From Phoronis australis (Eukaryota; Animalia; Phoronida): DNA of 64,000 nt. The notes below the pieces were generated by a model. That model was given only the letters and a program-made list of their open reading frames with translations, was not told where the DNA came from and made no database searches. The position numbers and the translations under genes are program-made. Of the stretch, positions 63,526 to 64,000 are shown piece by piece. Numbering within the stretch: position 1 is the first letter of the stretch; each line of letters begins with the position of its first letter. Location: positions 185,282 through 249,281 of the forward strand of contig NMRA01000275.1 of NCBI GenBank assembly GCA_002633005.1. Direction: 5' to 3'.

Positions 63526-64000
63526 GCTGACGTCATCGAGCGTGGAAATAGAATAGGCCTTCTTAAAGTCCTTCTTGCAAACTGCCCATGTGGTTCCAGT
63601 ATCCCAAAATACTTACTACATAAATTCTCATTTTAGACACCCTCTCTTTATATTCTTTTCGCCTTTCTTGCCAAAAGCGATTTTTAACAGTATTTGACCC
63701 TTCTCTCTGAGCGTATGATTACCGGTTGTCATCGGTTATTTCCGTACCCACATTTCCGGCTCATCAGCAATGTCATCAGTTCAGGAACTTGTCCTGAACG
63801 CCGCTATTTTTTCCTTGTAACTGAATGTGCTATGGCTTGCTCGAAAAGTCTTCATTATTTTGTTTTATTAGTAATATATCGTGATTCGTTTGCATATGTA
63901 GTGTATTTATAGTTTGTAGTTAGTGGTCGTTGATTTTTTTGGAATGTTACGCGTACTTAGTATGTTAAAATAGCATTGGTGTTTAGTTCCTTACGTAGGC

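Overview
AT-rich, intron-rich animal genomic DNA, probably from an invertebrate; the species cannot be determined from the sequence. The window holds four gene loci. (1) The last three coding exons of a receptor-type protein tyrosine phosphatase (+; 10032-12580), encoding a D2-like domain. (2) A decayed intronless tetraspanin pseudogene (+; ~17480-18800). (3) An intact single-ORF TspanC8-type tetraspanin with an unusual ~335-aa Ser/Thr-rich C-terminal tail (+; 22305-24155). (4) A WDR18/IPI3 orthologue with 9 supported coding exons plus an uncertain first exon (-; 28775-~51618). The rest is mostly transposon debris: Helentron-type non-autonomous elements with internal tandem repeats, Penelope-like and LINE fragments, tRNA-derived heads, and several MITEs with clear TIRs and TSDs. 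The most notable observations are the long-tailed intronless tetraspanin and its dead twin, and a Helentron-like family carrying co-oriented CTCF-like motifs at ~150-bp spacing. Also notable are a composite of an inverted repeat, a tRNA-like head and a degenerate hammerhead ribozyme, and a palindromic AAAACTTAAGTTTT array. All calls were made by eye, without database searches.
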